Source of the DNA: an uncultured bacterium
GTDB lineage: Bacteria; Armatimonadota; JACIXR01
Length of the DNA stretch: 64,000 bases
Assembly (NCBI GenBank): GCA_964452465.1
Contig: CAYVMD010000006.1
Location: 2,425 to 66,424, forward strand
Direction: 5' to 3'
This document shows, in pieces, positions 10,613 to 20,154 of this stretch. A model generated the notes under the pieces. That model made no database searches. It was given only the letters and a program-made list of their open reading frames with translations, and was not told where the DNA came from. The position numbers were made by a program, and so were the translations under genes. How positions within the stretch are numbered: the stretch's first letter is position 1; every line of letters starts with the position of its first letter.

Positions 10613-11626
10613 TTACTTTGTCGAAGATAAGGTAAAGCTGGTCAAACTATTCGTGAAGAATTCAACGAATTCCTCCACATTGACATCCACGCAGACAATG
10701 CCGTTTTCCTCCCCCTCCTCGCTTGATATTAACCCCTTCTTTTCCCCCTCGTTTAAATCGACCACTAAATGTCTATCCTCGGTCTTCACTAAATCTCCTC
10801 TTAATATCACAGCGCAGGCAAGGGGGTCGTGGAGGATTATCATCTCCTTTGCCCACCCGGCATTCTTTAAGAACTGGTTTATCAAATCCCCAAGCACGGG
10901 GATACTTTCCGAGATCTTTTCTCTATCCTCCTTCCCCAACCCGCAACGCATGGTTACATCCAACCCTACGAAGAGGGGCTTCATCCCGCTCTCCAGCATT
11001 ATCTCCATGGCATAAGGATCGCGCACTACATTATATTCGACATTGGGAGAGTTGAAACAACCTGCCATAGCCACATAGCGTTTCAATTTCCTAAATGTTG
11101 CAGGGTCGCTGAGATAGGCGACCGCTATGTTCGTCATTTTCCCTAGGGACAGAAGCACCAGGTCACCGTTTAACTTCTTGATCGCCTCCAAAATAGCCTG
11201 GGGGGCATTATCCCCTACCTTGCCTTTATATTTCCCCTTTGGCTCCGCCTTATAGGTAAAGCCCACTTGCCCGGCATATTTTCTGCCCCTGAGAAGCGGT
11301 CCCTCCCACCCCCTATATACTGGTATATCATCCCTTCCCATACCCTGCAATAAAGCTTGCAGGGTTTTCAGCCGTCCATCGATGAGACTATCCGTGACGC
11401 TTATCCCGATTATATTGAACTCCCTACGGGAAAGAGCGAAAGCTATCGCCAAGGCATCGTCTATGTCAGTTCCTATATCGGTGTCTATCCACAAGTTTAT
11501 CTTCTTGTCCATGCTCTTTCCTCCTTCCGTTAAATTTTCCTTTCCTCGCCGATTGGTGAAGCCCACTACCGATAAGGCGAGCATTCCCACAAGCAGCGTT
11601 AAGATGCTCTTCCTCATAAGAAGCAT
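10613..11626 (-). CDS. Inosine-uridine-preferring nucleoside hydrolase family protein with signal peptide
   Basis: N-terminal motif IDTDIGTDIDDALAIAFAL (the DxDxxxDD nucleoside hydrolase signature). A signal/TM segment precedes it. Confidence 0.75.
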   Translation of the reverse strand: MLLMRKSILTLLVGMLALSVVGFTNRRGKENLTEGGKSMDKKINLWIDTDIGTDIDDALAIAFALSRREFNIIGISVTDSLIDGRLKTLQALLQGMGRDDIPVYRGWEGPLLRGRKYAGQVGFTYKAEPKGKYKGKVGDNAPQAILEAIKKLNGDLVLLSLGKMTNIAVAYLSDPATFRKLKRYVAMAGCFNSPNVEYNVVRDPYAMEIMLESGMKPLFVGLDVTMRCGLGKEDREKISESIPVLGDLINQFLKNAGWAKEMIILHDPLACAVILRGDLVKTEDRHLVVDLNEGEKKGLISSEEGEENGIVCVDVNVEEFVEFFTNSLTSFTLSSTK

Positions 11627-11627
11627 C

Positions 11628-13859
11628 TCACCTTTCGACCTCCCAAACTTTTAGATTCCTTATCAAAACTTTCGCCTTTCCCCGTGTGGAGATGAAGAGA
11701 TAATAATCCGGATAATCCTCCATATCAAGCAAAACATACTTTTTGCCTTTCATCCCCTTCCTGATGGGGATGATCCTCGCTATTCCTACATCCTTCTCTA
11801 TCCCTCCGCTATCCGTTCGCCCTGCTAATGCCAGCAGGGCTCCTTTCTCGCATTCCAAAACCTCGTAATCGAACTTCGCAAGGTAGCGTCCCTTAGGTTG
11901 GAGGGGGAAGTTCGCAGGATCGGTCCGCCAATGGATGTTCCATTCTTCCTTCATTTCATAGGAATTTATCTCCAAGCGGTCCACCGACAAAAGCAATTTT
12001 TTCGCCTCGGGGGCACAAACCTCTCCCCAGAGAGGAAGGTCCTTCTCTCCTTTCTCTATCCTCTCCTTGATTAACTCATATTCCCTCCGGAAGAGGGGTA
12101 AGTAATCCCGCCAGTGCCCCCTTACTCCCCACCTATAGGACTGCCAGATGTCGAGGTGTCCCCAGGGAGGAGGTATGTCTATCTCGCTACGAGTGAAGGT
12201 AACCTCGCCAGGATAGAGGATGTTCGCTACTTCTATCACCTTCTCCCACCATCTCAAGGATTCCTCCAACCATTTCAACACCTCTTTCCCTCCTATAAGC
12301 CCGTTCCTCCATTTCTCCCAGGCTACTCCCGCTTTTATCTTCGCTTCGTAGTATAGACCGAGGTAGGAGTTCAACCTTAACCTATTCAGCAGATCTCGAA
12401 GGGAGGCATTGCCTTCCTCGTATGGCTCTATCTGGCTCAGGATGTTAAGGCAAGCCCTGGCATTTCTTCCCATCTCCTCCGCTATTTGCAAGGGAGTGGT
12501 TCCTCTAATCGTCTTTCCTTCTTTCAGGAGGTATACATACTCCTTAATGGAGACTATTCGTTCCCCCCATTCCTCAGGGGAGGGGTTGGGGAAGGTCAGA
12601 CCAACATGGGGGTAGAGGTAGCCCTTTTCGTTTATCCTCTCGTGATTCTCGTAAACATAAGTGGTAAGGGTGGGCATTTCCAATATCTGGACGAGGAGTA
12701 GCCCGAATTGAGGCATGTAATGGTCGCTCTGGCTATGGACGAGGTGGACGAAACGGGGCATTATCCCGCTGGCGTGGATCATCGCTGAGAGGAGGTTTCT
12801 TGCTTGTGCCTGGGTTAGACCATAGGTTTCTCCCACTCTTCTCTCCCAGTAATCCCTGGGGATCCTTTGATCGTAGGAATAGAGAAGGAACGCCTCCTTA
12901 ACCAGCCAGCGGTCGTGGCTTTCAACTGCCTCCACCAAAAGCCCTTCCCCGCCCTTTTTCTTTAAGTCCTCCACCACCTTCTTGGTGAAGAAGGGGTCGC
13001 CCCAGAAGAGATACCAGTTTGCCCCCTTTGGTCCTCCCAGCGAGATTATCGGTACCCCTTTAAACAACCTATGCCATCTTTGTATGCGAGGATCAGCCAT
13101 AGGTCGGAAGAATTGCTCATATTGGAGATAGGTCATAAGGACGAAGGGACCCCTATAGGCTTTCCTCACTCTCTCCACCTCCTCAGGGTAGGAGCACCAG
13201 TTCCAGTAGATCAGCCTTGGTTTTCGCTCCAATTCGTTCAATCCTCTAACGATGGAGTTCAGGACGAAATCCACGCAACCTGGTGGTGCCTCGCCCGCCT
13301 GGGTGATGAGCCCAGCGAGGTCCGGATAGGTTTCAAATAGGCGTTTAACGCAATAGCGAGTGTATTCCCGCACTAAGGGGATATCCTCTCCGAACTCTCG
13401 CAAATTGTGGGCTTTCCTCATCCCGGGAGGAAGGCAGATGTTCCAGGTCATAAGGTAAACCTCGATGCCGTAATCCTTGGCTCTTTTCGTGATCCAACGG
13501 AACATATCTATCATCTCGTCCAGCCTTTGGGGAGGGAAGTACTCCGCCTCAGGGAAGCGAGGAAGGGAAAGGAGGGCGGGGTAGGGATGGGGATGCCAGA
13601 ATACGAGGGTGTTCACCTTTAATCTCGACCATTCTTTGAATTTCCTTTCCCATTCTTCCCGATCGAACCACCACCAATCCCTCCTATTTTCCACTTCTTT
13701 ATATCCCTCCCAAACGCCATAGAGGGAGGAGCCCACATAAAAGGGAAAGGCAGTGGCGATCCCTCGCCACCTCAAAAAGCCCGCTTCCCTTTGGGAACTT
13801 GCCAGGAGGGGAATAAAGAAAAGGGAAAGAATAGCAAGGAGAAATCTTCTTCTTTTCAT
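11628..13859 (-). CDS. Secreted hypothetical protein, possible glycoside hydrolase (family unassigned)
   Basis: RBS GGAGGG and signal peptide. The 743-aa protein is rich in Trp/Tyr, with a TIM-barrel-like N-terminal half. It sits downstream of a LacI regulator and a pseudopilin gene in the same orientation. Confidence 0.4.
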   Translation of the reverse strand: MKRRRFLLAILSLFFIPLLASSQREAGFLRWRGIATAFPFYVGSSLYGVWEGYKEVENRRDWWWFDREEWERKFKEWSRLKVNTLVFWHPHPYPALLSLPRFPEAEYFPPQRLDEMIDMFRWITKRAKDYGIEVYLMTWNICLPPGMRKAHNLREFGEDIPLVREYTRYCVKRLFETYPDLAGLITQAGEAPPGCVDFVLNSIVRGLNELERKPRLIYWNWCSYPEEVERVRKAYRGPFVLMTYLQYEQFFRPMADPRIQRWHRLFKGVPIISLGGPKGANWYLFWGDPFFTKKVVEDLKKKGGEGLLVEAVESHDRWLVKEAFLLYSYDQRIPRDYWERRVGETYGLTQAQARNLLSAMIHASGIMPRFVHLVHSQSDHYMPQFGLLLVQILEMPTLTTYVYENHERINEKGYLYPHVGLTFPNPSPEEWGERIVSIKEYVYLLKEGKTIRGTTPLQIAEEMGRNARACLNILSQIEPYEEGNASLRDLLNRLRLNSYLGLYYEAKIKAGVAWEKWRNGLIGGKEVLKWLEESLRWWEKVIEVANILYPGEVTFTRSEIDIPPPWGHLDIWQSYRWGVRGHWRDYLPLFRREYELIKERIEKGEKDLPLWGEVCAPEAKKLLLSVDRLEINSYEMKEEWNIHWRTDPANFPLQPKGRYLAKFDYEVLECEKGALLALAGRTDSGGIEKDVGIARIIPIRKGMKGKKYVLLDMEDYPDYYLFISTRGKAKVLIRNLKVWEVER

Positions 13860-13918
13860 AGGTATTTTCCCTCCATTTTTTTATAAAGGAACAAGAAAAC
13901 TTTTTTTTTCATATTAGT

Positions 13919-13942
13919 GGGGGGAGGCAAACGCCTCCCCCC
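13919..13942 (-). terminator. GC-rich stem-loop 3' of DUF1559 paralog 1 (same hairpin as at 32222-32245)
   Basis: ggggggaggc-aaac-gcctcccccc, a 10-bp perfect stem 15 nt past the gene's stop. It is flanked by an A/T run. Confidence 0.45.
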
Positions 13943-13956
13943 ACTTGATGGTGTGC

Positions 13957-14754
13957 TCACTGCCCCATGATATCTCGACAGGAGAAGGCAAGGGAACCTC
14001 CCCTGCATTTGGAGCGCAACTGTTCTGCCTTATACCATTTAGCATGCCCATCTGCGAAGACCACATTTGAGCCCTCTGTATGGCGAGTCCATCTCCTCTT
14101 TGCCAACTCCAGGTCCGTTACTACGGGCGGGCATCCGCACTGCACACCGTCAAAGGGAACGCCCGTTGGCCAGTTGGCAAACGCCGCCTGGACATTTATG
14201 GCGTAATTTGCGTCGCCATAGTTGTTCACGAGCCTGGTAACGAAGGAGTCGGTTATCACCACCGTCTCCGAGGGCACGGCGATGGAAGCGAGGCGATAGG
14301 CGCCCGTTCTCCAACCTTGTCCCCACCAGATGCCAGCGAAGGGTGCTTCTTGTATACCTACATTGTAACCGTAATTGCAACGGAAGTTAGGCTGACCGTG
14401 TAGCCCCGGATAGCAGTTCGCCTTCCAGGTGTTATCCTGTTGGGAGCTGGGGCAAGAGAAGACCCCCGTGTTCTTCACATAGGGCATCAGTTGTTCGAAC
14501 CAATCCAGACCGGTGAATTGTCCATTCTTGCCCGCCCCGCAGGGGGTTTCCATGGTGGGGAGACATTCATCCCAATCCTGCGTGTACATCGCAAGCGCGG
14601 TCCCTATCTGTTTCACATTGCTCAGGCATGCTGTTTTCCTTGCTTGTTCCCTTGCTCGACTGAATACTGGGAAGAGGATAGCTGCCAGGATGGCGATAAT
14701 AGCTATCACCACCAGCAGCTCTATCAATGTGAAACCCTTCCTTTTCCCTATCAT
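13957..14754 (-). CDS. Prepilin-type N-terminal cleavage/methylation domain protein, DUF1559 (H-X9-DG) family (paralog 1)
   Basis: RBS AAGGAGGTG. N-terminus [31 protein letters not shown] is a class III signal (G|FTLIEL). C-terminal [16 protein letters not shown]9-DG motif. Confidence 0.8.
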   Translation of the reverse strand: MIGKRKGFTLIELLVVIAIIAILAAILFPVFSRAREQARKTACLSNVKQIGTALAMYTQDWDECLPTMETPCGAGKNGQFTGLDWFEQLMPYVKNTGVFSCPSSQQDNTWKANCYPGLHGQPNFRCNYGYNVGIQEAPFAGIWWGQGWRTGAYRLASIAVPSETVVITDSFVTRLVNNYGDANYAINVQAAFANWPTGVPFDGVQCGCPPVVTDLELAKRRWTRHTEGSNVVFADGHAKWYKAEQLRSKCRGGSLAFSCRDIMGQ

Positions 14755-14902
14755 CCTTATTTCACCTCCTTTCTTTTCGGTATTTGCCCCCGGATATCCA
14801 CTCTTTCCAGGGAGCCCAGAGACAGATTTCCCTGGTGGGTTTAGGGCAGGGGGAATGAATGCCCCTCTGCCCCAAGAATTCGTTCAATGGGCACCACCTC
14901 CC

Positions 14903-15913
14903 TTAACCAATTTGTATTACCCTCCTTATGGGGAGGCGTTTTTCTATCGTCCTTTTTTCCTTCCCTTCCATCATTTTGAAAAGCAACCCTCCTGCCCATA
15001 ATCCCAACTTATAAAGCGAGGTATTAAGGGCGAGGGAGGGAACCCCCGCGGAGAAATCGCCTGGCAATTTATCGAAATTCATAACCACCACCTTTTCTCT
15101 CCTTTCCATCTCTTTCTCCCTAACTGCTTGGCACACTCCCCGTATGTGTTCGCCCACCGCAACGAATATCGCGGAAGGGGGTTCCTTCAAGTTTAATAAT
15201 CTCAACGCTCCTCTGTATCCCTCCCTTTCGCCAAAGCCTTCCATCTTTACTATTAGATCTTCCTCCACCCCAATTCCTGCCTCTTTGAGTGCCCGTTCAT
15301 AGCCCTTATATCTTTCCCACATGAAGCTAGTTTCCAATCCGATCCCTATTAGACCTATTCTTTTATGCCCTCTCTCTATGAGGTATTTCGTTGCCAGATA
15401 TGCACCTCCCTCATTGTCATAATCCACTATCACCCCCTTGAATTTAGGGTGATAGCCAATCATAACTATTGGGATATTTAGAGCCTTCCATTTTTCTACT
15501 TCCTTGTCGTCCATCCTAACGGGTCCCAATGCTATAACTCCGTCCACGCGTCCTAAGACCTCCTCGATGGGAGGGAAGAAGCCCATCTTATCTCGTCTCG
15601 AGGCATTTAGGAAAAGGCTATATCCCTCCTTTCTTGCTTTATCCCAGATGCCCGCTAATATTTGAGCGGAAAGCAAACTGCTCAAATAGGCCGGGGAAGG
15701 GTAGGTGAAGAGGACGCCGATCACATAGGTTTTCCCCTTGGCTAATCCCCTCGCTAAGGGGTGGGGACGATAGCCAAGTTCCCGCGCTACCTGGATGATC
15801 CGCTCGCGGACCTTCGGTTGAACCCTCACCGTGGTTTTGCTGTTGTTCAAGACTTTAGAGACTACGGGCACCGATGTGCCTACGATCCTCGCTATTTCCT
15901 TTAATGTCGCCAT
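14903..15913 (-). CDS. LacI-family transcriptional regulator
   Basis: N-terminal HTH MATLKEIARIVGTSVPVVSKVLNN, then a periplasmic-binding-protein-like sugar-binding fold. RBS AAGGAG. Confidence 0.85.
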   Translation of the reverse strand: MATLKEIARIVGTSVPVVSKVLNNSKTTVRVQPKVRERIIQVARELGYRPHPLARGLAKGKTYVIGVLFTYPSPAYLSSLLSAQILAGIWDKARKEGYSLFLNASRRDKMGFFPPIEEVLGRVDGVIALGPVRMDDKEVEKWKALNIPIVMIGYHPKFKGVIVDYDNEGGAYLATKYLIERGHKRIGLIGIGLETSFMWERYKGYERALKEAGIGVEEDLIVKMEGFGEREGYRGALRLLNLKEPPSAIFVAVGEHIRGVCQAVREKEMERREKVVVMNFDKLPGDFSAGVPSLALNTSLYKLGLWAGGLLFKMMEGKEKRTIEKRLPIRRVIQIG

Positions 15914-15995
15914 CTATCCCGCTCCTTTTGATTAAGCGCTTAATCTACTTTCATTATGCTATACACCTAAAAATTAGTCAATACCTTTCAAGGCG

Positions 15996-16022
15996 ATTTT
16001 CTTTTTTGGGCTTAAAATTTTT
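15996..16022 (+). promoter_or_regulatory. Conserved AT-rich motif, copy A (TTTTCTTTTTTGGGCTTAAAATTTT)
   Basis: Near-identical to 17581-17608 (25 of 27 positions). Lies in the lacI upstream intergenic region. Confidence 0.4.
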
Positions 16023-16176
16023 GTGTGATGGAAAGAAAATTTATCAGGTGGTAGACCTTTTCAAATTGGTGCTTTGCTCTGGAGCCGGCATCTACTCCTC
16101 TTCTTATCCCTGTCCTTAATTTCTTCCCTTTCACAGTCTCGCAACTGCCCGTATCAGTGGTATCAAAGGTCCAGCC

Positions 16177-17487
16177 TTAAAGATTGAAGAAAGCCTTCGG
16201 GTTATTGAATAGCCAATCCTCTGCTACCTTTATGGCGGAGCTTTCCTCTATCCATCCCATCCTTATTAACTTGACCAAAGCTCTGGCGATGTTCTCCCTA
16301 CAGATTTTCAAGTGGGCTACGATGTGCTCCGGCATATCCCCAAAGTCTCCACCAAATCCGTTAATCTTTATATGAGGAGTTGTAATAAGGGCACGGGAGT
16401 ATAATTCCTCGCTATAAATAGGGTCGATTATATTTACCCAACAAAGATCTACATAAACATTGGGATAATTTTTGGCGAGGAAGAGTATTTCCCCCATATA
16501 GGGCCAATTACCGTGAAATAAATCGAACTTCACATTCTGATACAATTCCAGGATATGACTTAGCAATACAGCATTCGTCTTCTCTATTCGATTCCTTATC
16601 CCAGCCATGTGTCCTGTATGTATCTGCACTGGTAGGTCGAGCTCTCGCGCGAAATTCATGAATTGATGAAATAAGAAGTCGTCCAGGGGCTTAGCCTCCG
16701 GCCAGCCCAGCTGATTCCTCGGGTTGGAGAGTATCTTTTTGAATAACCGCTCTGCTTCGTATCTGGGAACGATTTCCAAATCTAAACTTCTATAATAGGC
16801 GCTTTGATCCTTTATACCAACAACTCCTCTCTCCTTTGCCTTCTTCAGCAGTTCGTATACTACCTCCAGGTAATCCTCCAGCGAGGTGATATATCTATCT
16901 ACAAGCGCTCCTACCGACTGAATGTAGTCAAAACTTCTCACATCCCGGTGGAACTGGGGCAAACCGAACACGAACCTTATCTTCTCATAATGCTCAAGTT
17001 CCCCATCGAGAAACTTTTTAAGAAGCTGGAAGCCCGGAAGGATATCGGGGTTGGAGATGATGTCGGAGAGCATGACCTTTATATTAGCTTTTTCCAGAAG
17101 GCGGTCGTAGTTCTCCCTGGTGGGGAGTATGACCTTGTCCCTTATTCTGAGGAGCGAGTCCAAAGAGATTTCTTCTTCGCCATAAATCTCCCTCATAATG
17201 ACCTTGGGCACCCTAGCGTAAGCGGTAAATTCCACCTTCTTCCAAAATCTCTCGAAGAGTTCCCACTTTCTCTCCGTTTCGATGTCGTTATTCAACAGAA
17301 AATCGAGTTCTTTTGGAGATATGCCCGCGGACAGCAAATCGCTGGGGAGATAACCTTGAATCAAGCTGGCTATGGGTTCCCTCCTCGCTACTTTTCCTTT
17401 AGGACCTAAGATGTGCTCGTGGCAATCTATTACCGGTAACTCTTCTATCTTGGCGAGTAACTCCCTTAAAAGAGCATCGCTATGCAT
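16177..17487 (-). CDS. Glucuronate isomerase (UxaC)-like amidohydrolase-superfamily protein
   Basis: Strong RBS GGGAGGTG. N-terminal PVIDCHEHI metal-binding motif. C-terminal WLFNNPKAFFNL resembles the UxaC C-terminus (ICFNNARDYF). Confidence 0.5.
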   Translation of the reverse strand: MHSDALLRELLAKIEELPVIDCHEHILGPKGKVARREPIASLIQGYLPSDLLSAGISPKELDFLLNNDIETERKWELFERFWKKVEFTAYARVPKVIMREIYGEEEISLDSLLRIRDKVILPTRENYDRLLEKANIKVMLSDIISNPDILPGFQLLKKFLDGELEHYEKIRFVFGLPQFHRDVRSFDYIQSVGALVDRYITSLEDYLEVVYELLKKAKERGVVGIKDQSAYYRSLDLEIVPRYEAERLFKKILSNPRNQLGWPEAKPLDDFLFHQFMNFARELDLPVQIHTGHMAGIRNRIEKTNAVLLSHILELYQNVKFDLFHGNWPYMGEILFLAKNYPNVYVDLCWVNIIDPIYSEELYSRALITTPHIKINGFGGDFGDMPEHIVAHLKICRENIARALVKLIRMGWIEESSAIKVAEDWLFNNPKAFFNL

Positions 17488-17580
17488 TTAAAACACCTCC
17501 CGCTAAAAGGGTTGTCTTCGTTCGACTTCTTGCGCCACCAAGGTTGACAGGCTGACGCTCTCATTATCAAATGTAACACA

Positions 17581-17608
17581 ATTTTTCTTTTTTGGGTCTA
17601 AAATTTTA
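17581..17608 (+). promoter_or_regulatory. Conserved AT-rich motif, copy B, with perfect palindrome CTAAAATTTTAG and a -10-like TAAAAT
   Basis: ATTTTTCTTTTTTGGGTCTAAAATTTTA lies 12 nt upstream of the 17620 start. The TAAAAT at 17599-17604 could serve as a -10 element. Confidence 0.4.
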
Positions 17609-17619
17609 GAATCAAGAGG

Positions 17620-19119
17620 ATGAAAATGAAGAAGGTGCTTATTTTCCTTTTCCTTGCTAACTTGTGCTTAGCCCAGCGGGTGGTCAAGAAGTGGGACCTC
17701 TGGGAGCTTTCCTTCTCCAACCCCCGAAATTATGCCAATCCATTCCAGGATGTTTCCTTGCTTGGGGAATTCACCCATGCTGCCTCTGGTAGGAAAATGC
17801 GGATATATGGTTTCTACGATGGGGATAACATCTGGAGGCTCCGCTTTATGCCGGATGAGGTTGGCGAATGGCGCTACGAAATCTACTTTTCCGATTCCTC
17901 CGCTAAGCGGTATCGAGGGAGCTTCAAGTGCGTAGCCTCCAATATAAAAGGACCGCTTCGTGTCAACCCCCGAAATCCCCTCTGGTTTTCTTATGCCGAT
18001 GGCACTCCCTTTTATCTCTTCGCCGCTGAGTTAGATGTTCATACTCTTCCTCCAGATGTATTGGAGAAAACTTTGGATTTCCTCCAGAAGTATCACTTCA
18101 ATGCTATAATGGGTCCCCATGTCGGAGGGCCCGGTGGGCTTCCTTGGCAGGAAATTAACGGCAAGATAGACTTCTCCCGCTACGATTTGAGCTTTTGGCG
18201 CCGTTTGGATGAGGTCCTTCTCGCTTTAAAAAGAAGGAACATGTTCCTATTCCCCTTTAGCATCTTCGGGGGGACGAACGAGGTTCCCAAGATGCCTCCT
18301 TCTCAATACGAGAATTTCATAAGGTATTGGACAGCCCGTTGGAGCGGATTCTACAATGCTACCTTCCAACCGACCTCCGAATGGGAAGAAGGATTTTCCT
18401 CCGAGGAGGTCCTCCGCATATTGGAACTCATAAAAAAGCACGATCCTTGGAAAAGGCTGTTAAGCATTCATTCCTGGGATTACAGCAAGAGGAACCCCCA
18501 AATATACAAGTCGCCATTTTACGATTACTTCACCCTACAGGATAAGTTAACCGATTGGAACTACGCCAAATATATAGAGGATCTCGAGGAAATCAGAGAG
18601 TGTGCTCCCAAGCCTATTTTTGCTCAGGAGTGTCTCTGGGAAGGTAATATCTATCAGAAGGAGGCAGGATTGGATGTCGACAACATGAGGAGGGCGGCGT
18701 GGACCATCGCCCTGAATGGAGGACATATCGGTTATGGCGACGAGGTTTCCCCTCCCCGCCAATGGGGTGGGGAGGAAACCTTCAGTGTGTATGGATTAAA
18801 GGTTAAGCCCCTGGGACTACTCTATCCCTATCTCAAATTCCTGTATGAAACGATGACCTCCATCCCCTGGTGGGAGATGGAACCTGCCCCTAAATTCGTT
18901 AAGGGTAAGAATGCCTCATGCCTAAAGGGAGACAAGGTCGTTGTGGTTTATCTCCCAGAGGGAAAAGATATTCAGTTGAACCTTCCAAGTGGGAAATATA
19001 AGGTAACCTGCCTTGACCCTGTAAATCGAAGAAGAATAAAGGAAGAGATAAGGAAATTCGAAGGAGCCATTTCCCTTTCCTACCCTGGGGAAGTAGTTTT
19101 GATATTCCAAAGGGTTTAG
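17620..19119 (+). CDS. Secreted putative glycoside hydrolase (DUF4038/GH140-like)
   Basis: Signal peptide MKMKKVLIFLFLANLCLA. Trp-rich TIM-barrel-like core. General resemblance to DUF5060+DUF4038 proteins; family assignment is tentative. Confidence 0.4.
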   Translation: MKMKKVLIFLFLANLCLAQRVVKKWDLWELSFSNPRNYANPFQDVSLLGEFTHAASGRKMRIYGFYDGDNIWRLRFMPDEVGEWRYEIYFSDSSAKRYRGSFKCVASNIKGPLRVNPRNPLWFSYADGTPFYLFAAELDVHTLPPDVLEKTLDFLQKYHFNAIMGPHVGGPGGLPWQEINGKIDFSRYDLSFWRRLDEVLLALKRRNMFLFPFSIFGGTNEVPKMPPSQYENFIRYWTARWSGFYNATFQPTSEWEEGFSSEEVLRILELIKKHDPWKRLLSIHSWDYSKRNPQIYKSPFYDYFTLQDKLTDWNYAKYIEDLEEIRECAPKPIFAQECLWEGNIYQKEAGLDVDNMRRAAWTIALNGGHIGYGDEVSPPRQWGGEETFSVYGLKVKPLGLLYPYLKFLYETMTSIPWWEMEPAPKFVKGKNASCLKGDKVVVVYLPEGKDIQLNLPSGKYKVTCLDPVNRRRIKEEIRKFEGAISLSYPGEVVLIFQRV

Positions 19120-19128
19120 AGTTTCTTA

Positions 19129-20154
19129 TTAAATAGGGAGGACTTTCCTTATTTCCTCGAAAATTTCCCTCCCAGCATCCTGGGGGCTTCTTCCCTCCCA
19201 CATCTTTATCTCCTTGAAACCCTCCCTTCTGATCCAGATCATCTGCCGGCGGGCGAAATGGCGGGTATTTCGCTTCATTATGTGGAGAGCTTCCTCCAGG
19301 CTCATTTCCCCCTTTAGATAAGCCATGATCTCCCGATAACCATGCCCCTGCATGGAGATGAAATCCTCCCTACACCCCATCTCCATCAATCTCCTCACCT
19401 CTTCTATGAAACCCTCTCTCACCATTCTCTCTGCTCTTTGGTCTATCCTTCTGTATAAAGCCTTTCTATCCCACACGAGGGCGAATTTTAAGGGGTGAAG
19501 GGGAGGCGCAGTGGTCGCTTTTTGTAAGGCGGACATGGGGGTTCCCGTCAGATAATAGATCTCCAAAGCCCTGATGATCCTTTTTATATCGTTCGGGTGT
19601 AACTCTTTCGCCCTCTCCGGATCTATTTCTTGTAGTTTCTTATAGAGGCTTCCCTTCGTTGTTCTTTCCTCCTCTAAAAGTTGTTGGCGCAAGGTGGGAG
19701 AAGCGGGGGGAGCGGGGAAAAGTCCCTTAAGGAGGGAATCTATGTAAAGCCTTGTGCCCCCCACCAAGAGGGGGATCTTCCCTTCCCGATGCATCTTTTC
19801 TATCAACGGGATGGCTAATTTCAAATAATCAGCGACGGTGAAGACCTCGGTGGGCTCTGCTATATCTATAAGATGGTGCTTTGTTCTTTCCCTTTGTTCC
19901 TTTGTGGGCTTAGCGGTGCCGATGTCCATATATTTATAAACGGCACGAGCATCGGCGGAGATTATCTCCGTGTTCATAAGAAGCGCCAATTCTATGCCTA
20001 CTTCCGTCTTCCCGGAGGCGGTGGGTCCCGTTAAAACTACTACAGGGATCGTGTCTTTCGCTTCTCCAATATCGCTTTCTCCACTTCCTCTATCTCCCAA
20101 AGAGGTGTGGAGAGCCCCGCCGTTATCCCTATCCTCTCCTTCCCCTTTAGCCAT
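19129..20154 (-). CDS. miaA: tRNA dimethylallyltransferase
   Basis: P-loop VVVLTGPTASGKT, and ADARAVYKYMDIGTAKP (the DSMQVY-type motif). ATG at 20154 has RBS AGGAGGTGAAGGAGGA; the longer ORF-track start at 20193 has no RBS. The N-terminus is Gly/Glu-rich and overlaps the ispH 3' end. Confidence 0.85.
   Translation of the reverse strand: MAKGEGEDRDNGGALHTSLGDRGSGESDIGEAKDTIPVVVLTGPTASGKTEVGIELALLMNTEIISADARAVYKYMDIGTAKPTKEQRERTKHHLIDIAEPTEVFTVADYLKLAIPLIEKMHREGKIPLLVGGTRLYIDSLLKGLFPAPPASPTLRQQLLEEERTTKGSLYKKLQEIDPERAKELHPNDIKRIIRALEIYYLTGTPMSALQKATTAPPLHPLKFALVWDRKALYRRIDQRAERMVREGFIEEVRRLMEMGCREDFISMQGHGYREIMAYLKGEMSLEEALHIMKRNTRHFARRQMIWIRREGFKEIKMWEGRSPQDAGREIFEEIRKVLPI

Noticed and set aside
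15996-16030. Sigma54 (-24 GG / -12 TTGC) promoter interpretation of the repeated AT-rich motif
   Set aside because: Copy A can be forced into a GG-N10-TTGt pattern, but copy B has TAGA at the -12 position. No sigma54-activator gene is nearby, so the motif is more likely an operator or sigma70-type -10 region.
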